DNA from: Monocercomonoides exilis PA203
Taxonomy: Eukaryota > Protista > Preaxostyla
Length of the DNA: 64,000 nucleotides
NCBI GenBank assembly: GCA_001643675.2
Contig: LSRY02000003.1
Location: forward strand, 1,054,001-1,118,000
Direction of reading: 5' to 3'
Shown here: one piece after another, positions 46,401 to 59,500 of the stretch
Numbering within the stretch: position 1 is the first letter of the stretch
How the letters are laid out: every line of letters begins with the position of its first letter
The notes under the pieces: model-generated
Told to the model about the DNA's origin: nothing
The model's input: the letters and a program-made list of their open reading frames with translations, nothing else
Database searches by the model: none
Program-made: the position numbers and the translations under genes

Positions 46401-48194
46401 ATGGAGATGAGAGAATGCAGGGAAGTGCAGCTTGAGGCATGCTTGTTTGATGGAGAAAGAGGTGAAGGCGGAGAAAAGAAAATCAATGGGAAAACGAATG
46501 AGGAAGAAGATATGTGCAGATGGTCTGGATCTCTTGTGGATATTGTGAAGAGTTCAGTGATGATGAAAGACACAACAATATCAAATTCACCAGAAGGTGG
46601 AATAACAATGAGTGGAGGGGAAATGACTGTTAATGATGGAAGATTTGAAAACAACAATCCCTCAATTGAAGGATATCCATCATTGAGAAGAAATATCATC
46701 TGTTCAGATGCAGGAACATTGAATGTGATGAGTTTGAAAGGAGGAGATGGAGTTTTGCCGAACACATCTCTTTGGATGTTGAATGAAGGGTGCAGTTTTG
46801 AAGGGATTGTTTCAGAAAGGGATTCATCATTCTTCATTCCTGTGTTGGAAAGTGTTGAAGCAAAAGAAATAACAGATAGAATGAAGCTGATATTCAAAGG
46901 AATGCTTCTTGTTCCATGCAATCTGTCATTCTCAGTTGTGAAGAGGAAGGGAGAGGAGAAAGAGATTGAAAAACACAACTTTGATACAAATCGATTTTTG
47001 TCAGAAAGAGAAGCAGAAGGAAGTGTGGCAAAAGATCTAATCAGTGGTTGTGGAAATGAAATAGAAGTGAGCGTGTGCGTTCTGTTTGGGAATGCAGAAT
47101 CTTCTTCTTCGACAAATTCATTCATTCTGAAGAACAGAAGTGAGGTTGAACCAAAAGGAGATGAAATAATCTCAAAAGGAGAAAACAAAATTGAATGGGG
47201 CGTTATTGCCTTTATTTGTTGCGTTGCCGTTCTTTTAATTTTTGTTGCTTTGTTTGTTGTTGTTGTTGTGCTTCTGAGAAAGAAACTGAGAGAATCAGAA
47301 AAGAATGTTGAAAAAAAGAGATTAGAAAACGAGCAAATAATGGGGAAGATTGAGAGGAGAAGAAGGGAAAACAACGGAGGGAGCTTTGAGATGAGCGAAA
47401 TGCGATCAACATTGCTGGAAGGGATGACAAGCCAAATTCCACTTCTCATTGACAACGATGAAGATCTTCCAGAGCCTCCTTCAATGGCTGATGGAGAGTT
47501 GAGCGAAAATGATCTTCCAGATTTGGAACCACCATTGCCATTTTCAGAGAATGCTTCTGTTCCTAGAATATCTCAATCACATTCATTCAATGTTATATCA
47601 GCCAAAAAGCCATTTCGAGAAAAGGAGAAAAAGAATATCAAAACATTACACTCAGCGATTCATTCTGTGCAAGGCAATTTCACATTGGGAACAAGAGCGA
47701 TGGATGTTGTTGATGGGAAGGAAGTGGTTATGGCAGTGGCAGAGCTGTTTGAGCATTTGATTTCTGTTGGAGACGAAAAGGTGGAAATGATGGCGAGGCA
47801 GCTGTGCCCGTATTCGATCTTTGTTGAGGAAGGAAATAATGAAATATTTGTTTTGACAGAGGAATTAGAGGATAAAAAGGAAAAGGAAGAAATGAAGCGA
47901 TGGAAGGCACCAGAAGTGGGAAACGAAGATGAGGGAATTGAACAGGCAGTTGCTTTCACACTTGGACTGATTCTCCATGAAATGACAACCGGGGAAGTGC
48001 CGCTGAGTGAATGCAATGCAGAAGAGGCGCAAGAGATGATGAGGGATGGAGTACGACCGCTGACAGAAGGAATCGAAGAGGAAGAAATGGTTGAGCTGAT
48101 GGAAAAGATGTGGGCAGACGAGCCAGATAGCAGACCCACATTGGGTGAAGTGATTCAATTGTTGACAGAAATAGTGGAGAATGATACAGAGTGA
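40480..48194 (+). CDS. Giant receptor-like protein: signal peptide, Cys/Gly-rich beta-helix-like ectodomain, one TM, degenerate TKL-like kinase C-lobe; 2 exons
   Basis: Exon 1 (MRIAYLLLAILLFLKC..) joins ORF 40761..48194 via an intron at ~40653-40723. Many GGG[IM] and CG....PC motifs; TM at ~47195-47277; C-terminal RWKAPE..FTLGLILHEMTTGEVP..GVRP..MWADEPDSRPTLGEV (kinase subdomains VIII-XI) without HRD/DFG. Confidence 0.85.
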
Positions 48195-48811
48195 CATGAG
48201 TTATGAATTCAATTGACACCAACTTGAATGAACAAAATATCAAAAAAAAAAAGATTATAGTTACTCTAATGTTTGAATATTTAAAAGTTGCAAAGTTTTG
48301 TTCTTGTTCTATTAAAACAAAGTTGAGAGATAATAATTTTATTCCCATTCGCAATTCTTCATATTTCAAATCTCTTTCTTTTTGAACATTTTCTTTATTT
48401 TTTGGCATTTGTATATCAAAATATTTACCAAATTCTTCAAGAACTTTCTCATTTATTATTTCTTTTCTAAAGTCGAAAATTATTCTTTTGTTGTTCGAAC
48501 CAAAGCATAAGCAAGAAATAATTCTAAGATTTGTAAATACAATAACCCCCTTCAAAGGTGCCAATTACAAAAACAATGAGGTGTATATTTTATTTTATTC
48601 TACTATTCAATGAAAAAACTAAAATTATCAATAAAATACATACTCCTTTAAAAATACAAATCAAAAAGAACTCTTGTAACGTAAACTAATCCACAGAATT
48701 ACATTAATGAATATATAAAACATCAATTACTCACTCCAAATATTTTTAAAAAAAGACAACAAGCCCATGTTAATTTTATGAATAAAATACTATTTCCAAA
48801 AACAAATTATT

Positions 48812-50906
48812 CTAAAAAGATGAACAAAAATCTGAAGATGAAAACAAAGAAATATCCGAGAACAAAGCCTTTTCGCTTGAGTGAGATTCGTTATGACTCT
48901 CAGGCGAGAGTCTCTCCGGATAAGAAAGCATTGATGAAGTCTGAAAGTCCAAATGATGCAACTCCTCCTGTGGGCTTAACGCTTGTGTGATCTGAGGTGT
49001 GTTCTGGATCATATTAATCTGTTCATTAATCGTATTATCAGACCCAGTCGCTGAATTGATGCTGTTATTCCCTTCATTTCTCAATTGTTCCTTTCTCTCT
49101 CTCTTTTCAGCTGCTTCTTTTTCTCCTTCTTTGACTTTGTCCTCGTGTTCTTTCCATTTCCTCAGTTTTCTCACAAACACACCTGCATCCACCACACTGA
49201 CATTTCCTTTTCGATCTCCAATGAAAATCAATGAGCCACATACGCTGCAGTGCGTAGAAGCTGTACGAAGACCAAAAGACGCAAGCAACGAGCCGTCCTT
49301 TGAGTCATAAAAGAGAAGAGAATGGGTAGAAGAAGAGGAAGTACTGGAAGAAGAAGAAGAGGAGGTCGGAGAAGATGAAGGTGAGGAAGAAGACAAGAAT
49401 CCAGAAGATGGAATTGGACTGGTGGAAATCAACGAATAAGAGGATGCTGCCGCAGCAACTGAAGAAGAAGATGATGATGAAGCTAACGATGAATGAGAAG
49501 ATGAAGTGGGAGCCTCAGTCAAAGATGTCTGAGACAGAAACGTAGTTTGCTTTTCCGAAGGCAAAATTTGTGGTGGTGTCAATTGCAGAGAGGCGACAAT
49601 AACTCTGGGCACTTTCTCAACTTTCGTATCTTCATCAAATTCCTCTTTGCCACTTTCCATTTCCATTCTTTCCTTCAAACTCACTTGCTCATTTCTGTCT
49701 TCATCTTCCTCCTTTGCCTCGACAACAGGCAGCCCAAGTGTTTCTGCTGTGTTCTGCAGCAGCAAAGCCGATGCATCACATTGAGAGCTTCCCTTGTTTG
49801 ACTGCAGCGGTGTGGAAAACGTGCCTGGCTGCGGCCTCTCCAGCGGCTTGAACGAAAAGAATGCAGAAAGCATCGACGAATCTGACGGTGATTGCACAGT
49901 TCTTTCATTCAAATGAGCTGAAAGCAAATGATCAATGGTATTGTTATCAGCATGCGAAGGTGTTGATTGCAAAGGCTCTGGCTCAACATCTGTTTCTGCT
50001 CTTGTTGAGCTCTTCTTCAAGTTCTCAAAATGGAAATGAGTGCTATTTTCATATCTGCTATCATCTGTGCTATTCGGCTTCCATCTCTCAAAACTAATTT
50101 CTTTTTTATCAACTTCATCTTTATTCTTTGTTCCTCCTCCTATTCTTTCTCCTTTCTCTTCATTTCCTTCTTCTTTTTCTTCTTCCCTTTCGCTCACAAA
50201 CCCAATTGAGTGCACAACTGCCCTTTCGTCTCTTGATGTCTGCACAATCCTCCTCCTCAGGCTCTCCTTCTCCACAAACACAATCTGCCCTTCCATTGTG
50301 CCGATGGCAGCAGCACAAGGAGACAGCGAGAGAGACATCAGACGAGGTGCATTGGGCACAGGAAGAGTGAGGAGAAGAGAATGAGAAGGGAACAGACGAG
50401 GGGAAAGAGAGGAAGGAGAGGCTGGGGATGGAGAAGAGGATGAGTGCTTCAGAGAGGAAGAGGAAGAGGAAGATGAATATGACGAAGAATAGGAAGAAGA
50501 AGGGAAAGATGAGGAATAAGAATAAGAAAAGGAAGTGGGAGACATCTTTCGTCTTTCAGAAGAGGAGGATAAAGAACGAGAAGGAGAAGAGGAAGCAGAA
50601 TGTGGTGTTGCTGAATGCGAACGAGATGACAAGTTAGAAGAAGAAGATGATGAAGAAGACAATGAAGAAGTTGGAGACCTCTGGATAGGAGAAGACACTG
50701 GAGAGGGAGAAGAAGAAGTTTTTGTTGTTATTGACGAGGATGATGATGATGAGGAGGAGGAGGATGATAAATAAGGTTTTGAAGGAAGATCAATGCCAAA
50801 TGAAACGGGTGTCTCTTCTGTTGCTGCAATATGAACAGGAGAGAAACTAACTGTGCCTTCAATTGGGTTGCTGGGAGGAGTGATAAATGAAGTTGGTTGT
50901 GAAGAA

Positions 50907-50941
<35 letters not shown>

Positions 50942-52415
50942 AGATGATGATGATGATGAAGAGGAAGAAGAATAGCTTGAACGAAGAGGAGAAGGAGAAT
51001 GATGATAATCTTGTTGTAAAGAAGGTGGAGGTGATTGAGGTGATGATGTTTGTGCGTTCTCAGAAATGGACAATGAAGTTGGTGATGAATTCACCGGAGT
51101 AGGTGATGAATGGGGAGAAGGAGAAGATGAAGTTCTTGACAAAGAGGAAGAAGAATAAGAGGAAGAAGCAGAAGCAGCAGCAGCAGAAGAAGAAGGATTT
51201 ATTTTTGAATGAGAACGTTTGAACTGCATGGCAGAAGAAGACGAAGAAGAAGATGTAGAAGAAGAAGAAGAAGCAGAAGCAGAAGAAGAAGTTCCCTGAT
51301 AAGCAGAGCAGCAGTTTCTGAGGAGTTTGTGGAATTTGGATGACAAATGGTGTGTGGAATGCAAGTTCCACTGCTTCATCAGACCATCCTGTGAAATGCT
51401 CACCACAAACAGAGGCTTGAAAAAGAGGGTTTCTTCGATTTCATTCGAAAAAGAGGAGGAGAAGGAGGAAGAGGAAGAAGAAGTGGAAAGAGAAGAAGAA
51501 GATGTTAATGTGGAAGATGCAAAGGAATTTGTAGCAGTAGAAGAATTGGTATGAGAAGAAGAAGAAGAAGAAGACAAAGAAAGAGAAGAAGGAAGATATC
51601 TGTTGTGTGAAGGTGAGCGAGAGGGAGAACGAGAAGAAGAACGAGAATGTGAATGAGAGCGAGAAAGAGGAAGAGGAGGTGGTGGTGGAAGAGGAGTCAG
51701 GGGGAAAGGAGGAAGAGGCGTTGAAGAAGAAACAGAAGAATAAGTTTCGTTTGTTAAATGCTGATGATATTGAGGAAGACATTGATGATCATAATTATTA
51801 ATATGATAATTATGCTGTCGATGATTGTGATTGCGATTGCGATTTCTGTTTTCTCCATTTCTGAAAGAAGAGTCTGGCTGAGAAGGAGGAGGGCACGGCT
51901 GGAAGTGGAGAAGAAGTTTTGATTGAGGGGAGTGAGGAGAATGAGGAGGTGGAGGAGAAGGTGAAGAAGAAGAAGAAGAAGAAGAAGAAGATGCTGTTGA
52001 AGAAAGTGAAGAAAGTGAAGAAAGTGAAGAAGAAGAAGAAGAAGGAGGAGGAGGAGGAGGAGAAGGAGAAGGAGAAGATGTTGTTGATGAAGTGGAATGA
52101 TGACTATCTATTTGCGAAGACGAGTTTGGAGTTGGAGAGGTGGAATATGTTAGTGATGAAGATGATGAATTTGAAGAGTTGGAAGAAGAAGAAGAAGAAG
52201 AATTTGAAGACGATGACAAACCAAAAAGCGATCGATTCATTTGAGAACTCGAAAGATTGCTGAGGGTGGGGAGGTAGTCAGGAACAGGAAGCTTTTCATT
52301 TGTGCCATCGATTGGAATGTCAGGAAATGAGGTGTCTTGAGAGGGAGAATAGAAAGTGGTGAGAGGAGGACTCAGAGTGTGGGGGGAGAGGGAAGAAGGA
52401 GGAGAGGCGATAGAG

Positions 52416-52456
<41 letters not shown>

Positions 52457-53492
52457 TGATGATGGAGAGGAAGAATGTGAAGAAAATGATGATGATGATG
52501 AAGATAGAGAAGCAAATATATCCAAACAGCATTGTTTCAGCCATTTTTCATTCTCTTCCGGTTTCTTTTTGAGCACAAGAGAAGAATCTAACAAAGACAA
52601 TTTCTTCAAAATGCTGAAGAATTCCTTCAAACTTAGCAATTTTGGAGGCAAATGAGGAAGATGGAGGAGAGGAGGAGGAGGTTTGTCATCGACAATGGAA
52701 GAAGAGAATTGAGTGTAGGAGAAGAAGAAAGGAGAGGAAATGGGAAGAGAAGAAGAAGAAGGATGAGAAGAAGAAGAAAAAGAAGAAGAAGATGATGATG
52801 ATGAAGGGAAGGAAGATAAAGGAGGAGGAGGTGTCGGGTGAATATAAGAAGTAGAAAAAGGAGGAGGAGGTGAAGGAGAATGAGAAGAAGAGGAAGAAGA
52901 AGAAGAAGAAGTTGATAAAGAAAACATTTGAGAGATGGATAGAGAATTATGCACAACAGAATAGCCCAAGTCAAATTCAGGGCCTGTTTCATTGGAAGCA
53001 GCAAGCAAAGAAGAAATGTATGAAGAAGGCTCATAATTGAATGAAGAGAGAGAATATGAAGGGGAAGAGGAGGAGGAGGAGGAGGAGGAGGAGGAGGAAG
53101 AATAGGATGAGGAAGAAGAGGACGAAGAAGATAATAATGGTGAATGCAGCAAAGAAATGGCTTCATCATTAGGAGAAGAAAATGAGTTGTTTGAAATGGA
53201 AAGTGGAGAAGAAGAAAGAGGAGAATGAGAAGATGTTGATGATGATGATGATGAGGAGGAGAAAGAAGAAGAAATTGAAGAAATGGATAAAGAAGAAGAA
53301 GATGAAGGAAATGGAAGAGGAGGAGGGGGAGAAAGTTGAAGAGGAGGAAGAGGAGGAAGAGGAGGAAGAGGAGCAGATAAATTTTCAGATTCCAAAGAAG
53401 ACAATCTTAAAGAAGAAGGATGAGAAGAGAAAGAAGATGAAATTGGAGAAGAAGAAGAAGAAGAAGAAGAAGAGGATGATGATGAAATAGAA

Positions 53493-53524
<32 letters not shown>

Positions 53525-56500
53525 ATTAGACAATGGAGATGAAGCAATAGATGGATTAACAGTATTAACAGTATTGGTATTATTAACAGCAGAAGAAGAT
53601 AAAGAAGACAAAGAAGAAAGAGAAGGATGAGAAGAGAATGATTTTAAAGAAGATAAAGGAGAAGAAGAAGATGATGAAGTTGAAGAAGAAGATGAAGAAG
53701 AAGATGATGAAGAAGAAAGAGAAGAAGAAGAGAAAGGTGAAGAAGAAAATTTCAATGAAAGAGGTCTTTCCGAATGAAGAGAAGAAGAAATAATCTGTTC
53801 TTTGTCGAAAGGAGCGAAGAAGACAGCAGAAGGAGGAAGAGAATGACGGCATTGAGGTTGGGTGTATTTGGAGAGGGTAGAAGAGATGAAAGAAGAGGAA
53901 GAGGATGAGGAAGAATGAGAAGAAGAGGAAGAGGAAGAAGAGGAAGAGGAAGGAGGAGAAGAATGAGAAGGAAAATGAGAAGAAGAAGGAGGGGAAGAAG
54001 AAGAAATTGTTGAAGAAGAAGAAGATGATGATGAAGATAAAGCAATTGGTACACCCACTAATATCTGAGGAGGAGGAGAATGAGATTCTGATGGGTTTCG
54101 CGATAAATGCTCATAAACAGTAGAAGAGGAAGAGGAAAGAGAAGAGGAAGAAAAAGAAGAGGAAGAATTGGAAGAAGAATTAAAAGAAGAAGAAGAAGAA
54201 GAAGAAGAAATAACATTCTGATTTCGATAAACTGATTTTACTGCTATTGTAACTCGTTTTTGAGGCATTTTCATTTCCTTCTTCTTCTTCTTCTTTGTGC
54301 TATTGACAATACTTTCATGTTGTGCTTTTAATATCATCGTGTTCACTTCTTGATCAAATTCTTGTTCGCTTAATTCTTCTTCTTCTTCTTCTTCTTCTTC
54401 TTCTTCATTGTTTTCTTCTTCTTTAATTTTCTTTAATTTTTTATCATCTTTTTCATCTTTTTCTTTTCTTCTTGGCTTTCGTTTCACTGTTTTTTTGCTG
54501 CATTCCATTTCTTTTCTATTCTTTCCTTTTTCCTTTCCTTTTTCTTTTTCTTTCTCTTCCTCTTTCTCCTCTTCCCTTTTCTTCTCCTCCATCTTCTTCA
54601 CAATTTCTTCTTCCTCTTCTTTCAGCTGTCTCAAATTCATTTCATTTCCTGACAAAGATGCAACAACCATTTCATTTCTTATTTCGCTTAATTTTCTTTT
54701 CAGCTCAGAAAGAGAGAGAGAGAGAGAGAAAGAAGAAGAAGATATGGATTTAGATTTAGAAGTAGATGTTTCTTCTTTGTTTTTCTCGTCTTCTTCCATT
54801 TCTTCATCTTCCTCCTCTTCCTCTTCATATTCATCATCATCATCTTCTTCTTCCTCCTCTTCCTCTTCCTCCTCCTCTTCTTCTTCCTTTTTATTCATTT
54901 CTCTATTTATAACTCCATTTCTCTTTCTTTCCTTCTCCTTCTCCTTCTCCACGTTGATTGATTCTGGTGTAATCATCAGATAATCTGATATATCATTGTC
55001 TTCTCCTATTTTCTCTCCTCCTCTCATTCTATTGCTTTCTTCATCTTCTTCATCTTCATCATCTTCTTCTTCTTCTTCCTCTTCCTCCTCCTCTCCTTCT
55101 CCTTCTCCTTCTCCTTCTTCGAATTCTTCTTCTTCCTCCTCCTCTTCCTCTTTATCGCTTTTTTCTTCTTCAAGTCTTGGAGATGTTGCATTTGACACTT
55201 CCAAAGAATTATTTGATTGATACTTTGAAGAAGAAGAAGAAGAAGAAATATTATTGTTATTTGAAGAATGCATAGAAAGAGGAGAAGGAGAAGAAGGAGA
55301 AGAAGAAGGAGAAGAGGAAGGAGATGAAGAAGAAGAAGATGAATTGGAAGAAGAAGAAGAAGGAGAAGGAGAAGGAGAAGAAGAACGTAAACACATATTT
55401 CCTATTGAACCAAGCGAAGAAACATGCTTAACTTCGATTTTTATTTCATTTTCTTGTTTATTTTTGTTTATTTGTTTGTTACTTGAACTGAAATGGGATA
55501 ATTCTTCTGTATTTGCAGGCATTGAAAGAGAACGAGAAGAAATCGATTGATTGTTCTTGATGGAAATGGAAGAGGAACAATTGAAGGAGGAAGGAGGAGG
55601 AGAGGAAGAGGAAGGGGAAGGGGAAGAGGAAGAGGATGAAGAAGATGATGAGGGAAGAGAAGAAGAAAGAGAAGAAGAAGGAAGAGGAGAAGAAGAATTT
55701 GACGACGACGACGACGACGAAGAAGAAGAAGGAAATTGAGGTATTATTTGAGAAGGATAAGGAGGGTGTGATAAATCAGGGGGCAATGGATTGTTTTGCG
55801 TGTTTTCTGCTTCTTTTTGAATGGAATTCATTTGTTGATCTTCATCTTCACTTCTTCTTCTTCTTCCACCACTTTCTTTCTTTTTCTTGTTCAATTCGTT
55901 TTCTTCCTCTTCCTCCTCTTCCTCCTCCTCTTCTTCTTCTGCCTCCTCTCCTTCTTCTTCACTTTCTCCTTCTTCTTTCTCTTTCCCTTTCCTTCTCTCA
56001 AAATTCTCTTTTTTCCCTTTCCCTTTCCCTTTCTCTTTCTCATTCTCTTTCATATATTCATCAGAAAATGCATATTTCCTTTCAAATTCAACATTTTTAT
56101 ACAAATTGAGATTCGGTTGTTTTGGTATTTGTGGCTTTATCTTCTCTTTTTTGTCTTCTTTCCGAATAACTTCAATATAATCATTAAGTTCTTCATCATC
56201 ATCTTCATATTCCTCTTCCTCTTCCTCCTCTTCTTCTTCGCCTTCTTCTCCTTCTTCTCCTTCTTCTTCTTCTTCTATCTCTTCTTCTTCCTCTTCTTCC
56301 TCTTCTTCCTTCACATACAATTCATCCAATTTTTCTCTTCTTTTTTCTTGTTCCTTCTTCTCCTTCTCCTTCTTCTCCTTCTCTTCTTCTCTTTCGCTTC
56401 TTCTTCTCTCTATCACTCTTCCTCTTGTCATTTGTAACCCAATCTCTTTATAACTTTCTTTTTCTTCTTCTTTTTCCTCTCTTTCTCTTCCTTTCTCTTT

Positions 56501-59500
56501 CCCTTTCCCTTCTCCTTCATCTTCATCTTCATGCAATTCAATCTCTTTGATAATATCATGTGGTCTTCTTCTTTGATTATTTGCGTCTTCCTCCTCTTCC
56601 TCATTTCTTTTCTTCATCACTTTTCTCATATTCTTCCTTCTTCTCCCTTCTCCCCTCTCATTATTGTTCTTTCTTCTCTTCCTCACTTCAGAATGCAGAG
56701 GAGGAGGTGGAAGTGGAAGAGGAAGAGGAAGAGGAAGAGGAAGAGGACGAATATTAGGACTAAGAGAAGAAGTTCTTGAATTGCTGCTTTTGTTTGATGA
56801 TATTTCGCTTTTATTGTTCATTAAATAATCATTTTGTGTGAATTTTTTGGTTTTTATTGGTTTTTTCCTTTTTTTGTTGATTTTGCTTTGCAATTTTTCT
56901 CTTTCTTCTTGTGATATATCTTCGTTTGCTATCAAAACTGTTTCATCATTATGCACATTATCATCGACTCCCTCTTCCTCTTCCTCTTCCTCTTCTTCTT
57001 CTTCCTCAAATTCTTCCTCTTCATATTCTTCCTCCTCTTCCTCCTCCTCTTCCTCCTCTTCTTCTTCTTCATATTCATCATCTTCTTCCTCACTCCAATC
57101 ATAATGATCTGCTATTTCATCTCCCCAAATAACATCTGCACCTCTCAATATCAACTCCTTTTCTGTAAATGTATTCTTCTTCTTCTTTCTTTCTCTTCCT
57201 CTTTCTTCTTCATCATCATCGCCTTCAACATCATCATATTCTTCTTCATATTCTTCTTCCTCTTCCTCTTCATCTTTCTCAATATTTCTCTCTCTCCTCT
57301 TCGTTTTTATTCTTCTTCTGTTATCTTTCACATCTTCATTCAACTCATCTGTGAATTCATTTGATTTCATATATGCTTCTTCATTGCTTATTTCTTCTTC
57401 TGTTTGTATTTCTTCTCTTCCTCTTTCAAGTTCCATACTCTTCTTTCTCATCCCTTCCTCTTTCTTCTGCTTCAATCCAATTTTCCTGTTAACATCATCT
57501 TCGTCCTTCTCCTCTTCTCTTTCTTCCTCTCCATCTCTTCTTTCTTCTCTTCTTTCTTCTCTTCTCCCTTCTTCTCTTCCCTCCTCCTTCCTCCCTCTTC
57601 TCCCTTCTCTCTCCTCCTTCCTTCCTTCTCTTCTCTCTCTCCTTCTTCTCCTCCACCTCTCCTCCTTCCCCATCACCTCCTCACTCACCTCCACTGCACT
57701 CACACTCAACGAATGCCCTTTCATCCTCCTCACCCGCCCCGTCTCCATCCACCACACCACTACACTGCCATCTGCACAACCACACACCACTACAGGCTCT
57801 GAGAGGGATTCGAGGGAGAAATGGGGGGTGGAAGAGGAGGAAGAGGAGGAAGAAGGTGATTTAGAAGGAGAAAGAGAGGAAGGAGAAGGGGAGCGTGATG
57901 ATGATTGTGAAGGTACTGGCGACACAGTTGGAGCAATAGAAGTATATGAAGTAGTAGATGTCGATGTTGCAATATCAGACACTTTTATTGTTGATGCTGT
58001 TGATGATAATGAAGACGATGATAGATTCTGTGAGAGTTGTAGTGATGCTGCTATCAATGGATCATTCTCTGTTGAAGAAGAAGATGATGATAATGATGAA
58101 GAGGAGGAGGAGGAGGAAGAAGAAGAAGAATTTTTATTCAATTCTGATGGAAATGAAGATATTGGTGGAGATGTTGTGTTGTCTTCAATCTTGTTTTCTT
58201 TTTCTTTCTTTTTATCTTCTTCTTCCTCTTTCATTTCTTCTTTTTCTTTCACTTCCTCTTTTTCAATTTCTTTTTCTTCTTTCTCTTTCTCTTCTGTCTT
58301 TGTAGAATTCGCTTCTTGTACTTTCTCTTTCTCATCTTTCTCCTTTATCTCTTCTATTTCTTCCTTTTCATCCTTTATCTCCTTCTCCTTCTCCTTCCCC
58401 TCTTTCTCTTCTTTCTCTTCTTTTTCTTTTTCTTTCTCTTCATTCTCCTCCTTTTTCTTCTCCTTTTTCTTCTCTCCTTTTTCTTCCTTCTCTTTCTCTC
58501 CCTCTCCCTCCATCCACCTTCTCCTCACCCTCACATCCCTCGCAAACTTGATAGATGCAATTCCGGAAGAGCAAATTCTTGTCTTGTGAATCAAAGAAAA
58601 ATCATTCAAAACATCAAAAACGAACAAAACACCAGAAGAAGTTCCGACAAACAGGAAAAGAGGAAGAGGAGAGAGAAAAGGGGAAGGCAAAGAGGAAGAT
58701 AAAGAGGAGAGGGAGGAAGAAGGGAATTGATCGGGGGAGGTGAGGGAGAAGAAGGAAGAGGAAGAGGAAGAGGAAGAGGAAGAATGAGAAGAAGAAGGTG
58801 AAGAAGAAGAGGAAGAAGAATTAGGATTATTATAAGCAGAAAACGAAGCTTCATATAGTGGCTGAGGAGGGGTAGGAGAAGAAGAAATAGAAGAAATAGA
58901 AGAAGAGGAAAATGAAGAAGAAGAAGAGGAGGAGGAGGAAGAAGATGATGATAAAGATGAATAAGAGAGAGAAGGAGAAGAAGCAAAAGGAACCATAGCA
59001 CTTTGAATAGGAGAAGAAGATAGAGAATTTTGACTTGGAGAAAGAGAAAGAGGAAGAGGGAAAGGAAGAGGAGCATTAAGAGGAAGAGAAAGAAGAGAAG
59101 AAGAAGAAGAGGAGGAGGAAGAGGAGGAAGAAGAAGAAGAAACAAATGAATTTGAAAGAGGAGGAGGTAAAACAGGAGACAAAGAAGAAGGCTGAGAAGA
59201 ATTAGAGAGAGAAGAAGAAGAAGAAGCAAAGAGAGAAGGAGAAGAAGCTAAAGATAGAGATAAAGAAGGAATTTCATTGTTATTGTTACTATGTTTATCT
59301 AATTCTTCATTTGTTTGTGTGTTGTTGGAAGAAAGAGAAGGAGGAGGAAGAGGAGGAAGAGGAGGAAGAGGGTTGCGAAGAGGGATGGGGAGAGGAAGAG
59401 AAGAAGGAAGAGAAGAAGGAAACGAAGAAGGAGGGAAAGGAGAAGAAGAAGAGGAAGAAGAAGGAGAAGGAGAAGAAGAAAAGGAGGGAGAAGAAGGAGA

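Noticed and set aside
45977-47455. 492-aa antisense ORF
   Set aside because: It mirrors the sense receptor gene; its Ser/Phe/Ile-rich composition is what is expected of an antisense shadow.
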